Shown here: piece by piece, positions 42,965 to 44,911 of the stretch
Layout of the letters: every line of letters starts with the position of its first letter
Numbering within the stretch: the stretch's first letter is position 1
Origin: an uncultured archaeon
GTDB taxonomy: Archaea > Micrarchaeota > Micrarchaeia > CABMEP01
Assembly (NCBI GenBank): GCA_902385155.1
Contig: CABMEP010000004.1
Coordinates: 1-44,911 of the forward strand
DNA: 44,911 nt
Direction of reading: 5' to 3'
Made by a program: the position numbers and the translations under genes
Notes under the pieces: model-generated
The model's database searches: none
What the model saw: only the letters and a program-made list of their open reading frames with translations
What the model was told of the DNA's origin: nothing

Positions 42965-43219
42965 ACCGCGAATCAGCGGGATCACCCGAAACCAGCCAGC
43001 ATACCCATTTTTATACAGTCACGGAGAAAAAGTATTAGAACAATCTACCATGTGAGCGTATGCCATCCTCGTTTCTCCTGAAGCGATTCGGCGCACTGAC
43101 AGACGTGCAGAAGCAAGGGCGAGCAGAGAGAGCACAAGCGGAAGTATCAGCTCAGGTACCAACAGGAGCACCGCAAGGAACGCGCCGAGTACGAGAGGAA
43201 GTACGGGCAGAACCCCGAA

Positions 43220-43534
43220 GTGAAGGCCAGACGGCGCGCGCAAGGGAAAGCGTACTACAAAAGGCATGTCGCGCGGATAAAGGAATACCAAAAGAAGTAC
43301 AGGCAAAGGCCAGAGACTATCAAGTTGAATAAGATTATCCAAGCGCGATATCGAGCCAAGCCGCATGCAAAAGAGATGAAAAGGAAGTACGAGCAGACCG
43401 CGAAAAGAAAGCAGGCGAGAGACGCTTATTATCAGAGGAATAAAGAACACAAACTAGAGATGATGAGGAAGTACTATATCAAGAACAGGGAGAAGATCTG
43501 GGAGAGAAGGAGGAATAAGAAAAAGGCGTTATAG
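43220..43534 (+). CDS. highly basic Tyr/Lys/Arg repeat protein. The annotated part starts at GTG 43220, but the reading frame is open and repeat-like from 43100.
   Basis: Recurring K-x-Y-Y / K-K-Y / R-K-Y-Y units (AYYKRHVARIKEYQKKY, EMKRKYEQ, DAYYQRNKEHKLEMMRKYYIKNREKI). No ATG/GTG/TTG between 43100 and 43220. Confidence 0.45.
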   Translation: MKARRRAQGKAYYKRHVARIKEYQKKYRQRPETIKLNKIIQARYRAKPHAKEMKRKYEQTAKRKQARDAYYQRNKEHKLEMMRKYYIKNREKIWERRRNKKKAL

Positions 43535-43586
43535 GCGGTGGCCGGCTAAAGCAAACAAGATATAAACCAGTCCTTGAAATCAGTTC

Positions 43587-44519
43587 ATGGCTACCATCGA
43601 TGGAATTTATGCCCATACCCTCAGACTGAAACTAAATGACGAGCAGACGCGGAGAGAATATGACTCCTCCTCGTCCGAAACAACAATCTACACCGTTAAA
43701 GGCAAGACTCTCATTTTCATCGGTGGCTCTCATGTGCGAGGCCGTGCGCCGTTCATAGGATTCATCGAGAAGGCGTTCAAGAGGTTTGATCCAGATGTCG
43801 TCCTGGTAGAGCAATCGATGGATATGCCCGGGCACCGGATGCGGGACAAGTTGAAACGGCCAGAGCGCGAATGGACTGAAGTGGAATGGTTGGTGAACCT
43901 GGCCGACAAACGCAAGATAGAATTCAGGGGGATGGATGCCGCAAGTAACTGGATGTTCGGTTCTTTTCTGGAGATGGGTGACAAGGACGGCATCAAGGCG
44001 GGCCTTCTCAGGTGGACTATCAGTGAGTACAAGCATCTGCTCAGTATGGAGCTTGGGCTCTCAAAAGAGGACCTGTATGATATGGTGGTAATGAGTATCG
44101 CCATGGATTTCGTGAGACCAGGACGATTCTCGGAGTTCAATATAGAGTTCATCGCCCTGCGCAAAAGGTACCATAGATTGAGTCTCAATAATTTCATGAA
44201 GAAAGTGATTCAGGGGGCGACCGACAAGTATATAGAAAAGGCGCCATTCCTGTCCGTCGTGGAGAAGCCAGGCATAGACTCCCCATATCCATGGGGCAGG
44301 GGATACAAGATGAACAAGGTGCGGGCGTGGTGGAACGCCTACAGGAACAAGAGCATGATAGATGAATGTATCAAGGCGCTGAAACAACACGATACGGTTC
44401 TTGCGATGGCGGGTTGGGGCCACATATTCACGATCCGGGAGCTGCTCGCAAAGGAAATAATAAAGAACGTGGGTCCTGTCGAAGTCCTGCGTTGGAAGGA
44501 CTATGCGAAATCTGCCTAA
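43587..44519 (+). CDS. hypothetical protein, possibly TraB/GumN (TIKI-like) family
   Basis: LIFIGGSHV, PDVVLVEQ and C-terminal RNKSM...VLAMAGWGHI resemble TraB/GumN landmarks. ATATAAA lies about 21-27 nt before the ATG. Confidence 0.45.
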   Translation: MATIDGIYAHTLRLKLNDEQTRREYDSSSSETTIYTVKGKTLIFIGGSHVRGRAPFIGFIEKAFKRFDPDVVLVEQSMDMPGHRMRDKLKRPEREWTEVEWLVNLADKRKIEFRGMDAASNWMFGSFLEMGDKDGIKAGLLRWTISEYKHLLSMELGLSKEDLYDMVVMSIAMDFVRPGRFSEFNIEFIALRKRYHRLSLNNFMKKVIQGATDKYIEKAPFLSVVEKPGIDSPYPWGRGYKMNKVRAWWNAYRNKSMIDECIKALKQHDTVLAMAGWGHIFTIRELLAKEIIKNVGPVEVLRWKDYAKSA

Positions 44520-44600
44520 TGAGACAAATTAGTGCGGTCCCTCCAGAGAAGCTATCTCCTCCCTGCGCGTTCCTAACCTCCTAGACACTGGGACAAAACA

Positions 44601-44608
44601 TTTAAATA
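44601..44608 (+). promoter_or_regulatory. TATA box (TTTAAATA) about 23 nt upstream of ATG 44631
   Basis: Same octamer as before the tRNA at 31931, at leaderless spacing. Confidence 0.4.
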
Positions 44609-44630
44609 CTAGGAAAGGATATCTACTTCT

Positions 44631-44911
44631 ATGCCAACCGGTACGCCACTGACTGCAGACGAGCGCCAGGAACGGCTTGACAATCTAAAAAGGCTATTCG
44701 GAGAGAATTTTGAGAATGTTGGGGCTTTCAATATAGAACACTTGCAGGGAGCGCCGATCGAGACAGCAAATGCAGCGCATGACAAACTTATTTCCCTTGG
44801 ACTGGCTCCAGAGAAGATAGCCTCACATGCGCAGCTGCTCGGCCAGAATCCAGAAACCCTCCAGAGGAACTTCGACTTCCTGAACCAGACGCTGAAAATA
44901 AAGCCAGAGAA
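44631..44911 (+). CDS. hypothetical protein, 3' partial (runs off the window); helical-repeat-like
   Basis: ATG 44631 opens a stop-free frame to the window end: MPTGTPLTADERQERLDNLKRLFGENF...LISLGLAPEKIASHAQLLGQNPETLQRNFDFLNQTLKIKPE. Not in the track. Confidence 0.45.
   Translation, partial: MPTGTPLTADERQERLDNLKRLFGENFENVGAFNIEHLQGAPIETANAAHDKLISLGLAPEKIASHAQLLGQNPETLQRNFDFLNQTLKIKPE

Noticed and set aside
1-44911. Global stop-codon reassignment (TGA or TAA as sense) as the explanation for the interrupted genes
   Set aside because: TGA, TAA and TAG all terminate many conserved genes at their expected C-termini in this window. Examples are L3, L23, L2 and S19 with TGA, S27e, L24 and L5 with TAA, and PriS with TAG. 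The two interruptions also use different stop codons.
1-44911. CRISPR arrays, rRNA genes, transposases or integrases
   Set aside because: I looked for regularly spaced direct repeats, rRNA-like conserved stretches and DDE or tyrosine-recombinase motifs and found none. The only tandem repetition is the coding duplication at 20.26-20.63 kb.

Overview
This window is an archaeal chromosomal segment, identified by archaeal/eukaryotic-type ribosomal proteins (L44e, S27e, S4e, L32e, L19e, L18e, L14e), PriS/PriL primase, GINS, aIF2-alpha, aIF1, Nop10/Cbf5 and RNase P Rpp29. The core is the large ribosomal-protein supercluster L3-L4-L23-L2-S19-L22-S3-L29-aIF1-Rpp29-S17-L14-L24-[insert]-S4e-L5-S14-S8-L6-L32e-L19e-L18-S5-L30-L15-SecY-Adk-DUF106-Cmk-L14e-Cbf5 (13.5-31 kb). 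A second cluster, S13-S4-S11-RpoD-tRNA(Leu)-L18e-L13-S9-[insert]-RpoN-tRNA(Pro)-S2, lies at 33-38.4 kb. Upstream are a replication cluster (PriL, PriS, HEAT protein, GINS) and the L44e-S27e-aIF2alpha-Nop10-PAC2 cluster. A mixed block follows, holding a YkgJ-like protein, a HEPN-like pair, MgtC, a bacterial-type DXR and a PfkB kinase. Downstream are a deoxyhypusine synthase-agmatinase-Cys-rich surface protein unit, a wHTH protein, a DEDDh exonuclease and a visibly more A/T-rich accessory tail. Operon-internal genes carry a GGTGA/GTGAT Shine-Dalgarno 4-7 nt before the ATG, which creates spurious in-frame GTG/ATG starts in the ORF track. First genes of transcription units sit about 22-30 nt after TTTAAATA/TATTTATA-like TATA boxes and look leaderless. 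Points worth a second look: (1) three tandem small ORFs, two of them clear paralogs, inserted between L24 and S4e; (2) an unknown ORF translationally coupled between S9 and RpoN; (3) three interrupted genes (in-frame TAA in PriS, in-frame TGA in a wHTH gene, an apparent +1 frame break in a basic repeat gene); (4) a DXR (MEP-pathway enzyme) in an archaeal context; (5) tRNAs with non-canonical or long intervening sequences; (6) a HEPN-like two-gene module; (7) a low-GC Zn-ribbon/nuclease-like gene beside a tRNA. I found no CRISPR array, rRNA gene, or recognisable transposase or integrase. All homology calls come from motif recognition by eye and no database search was run.
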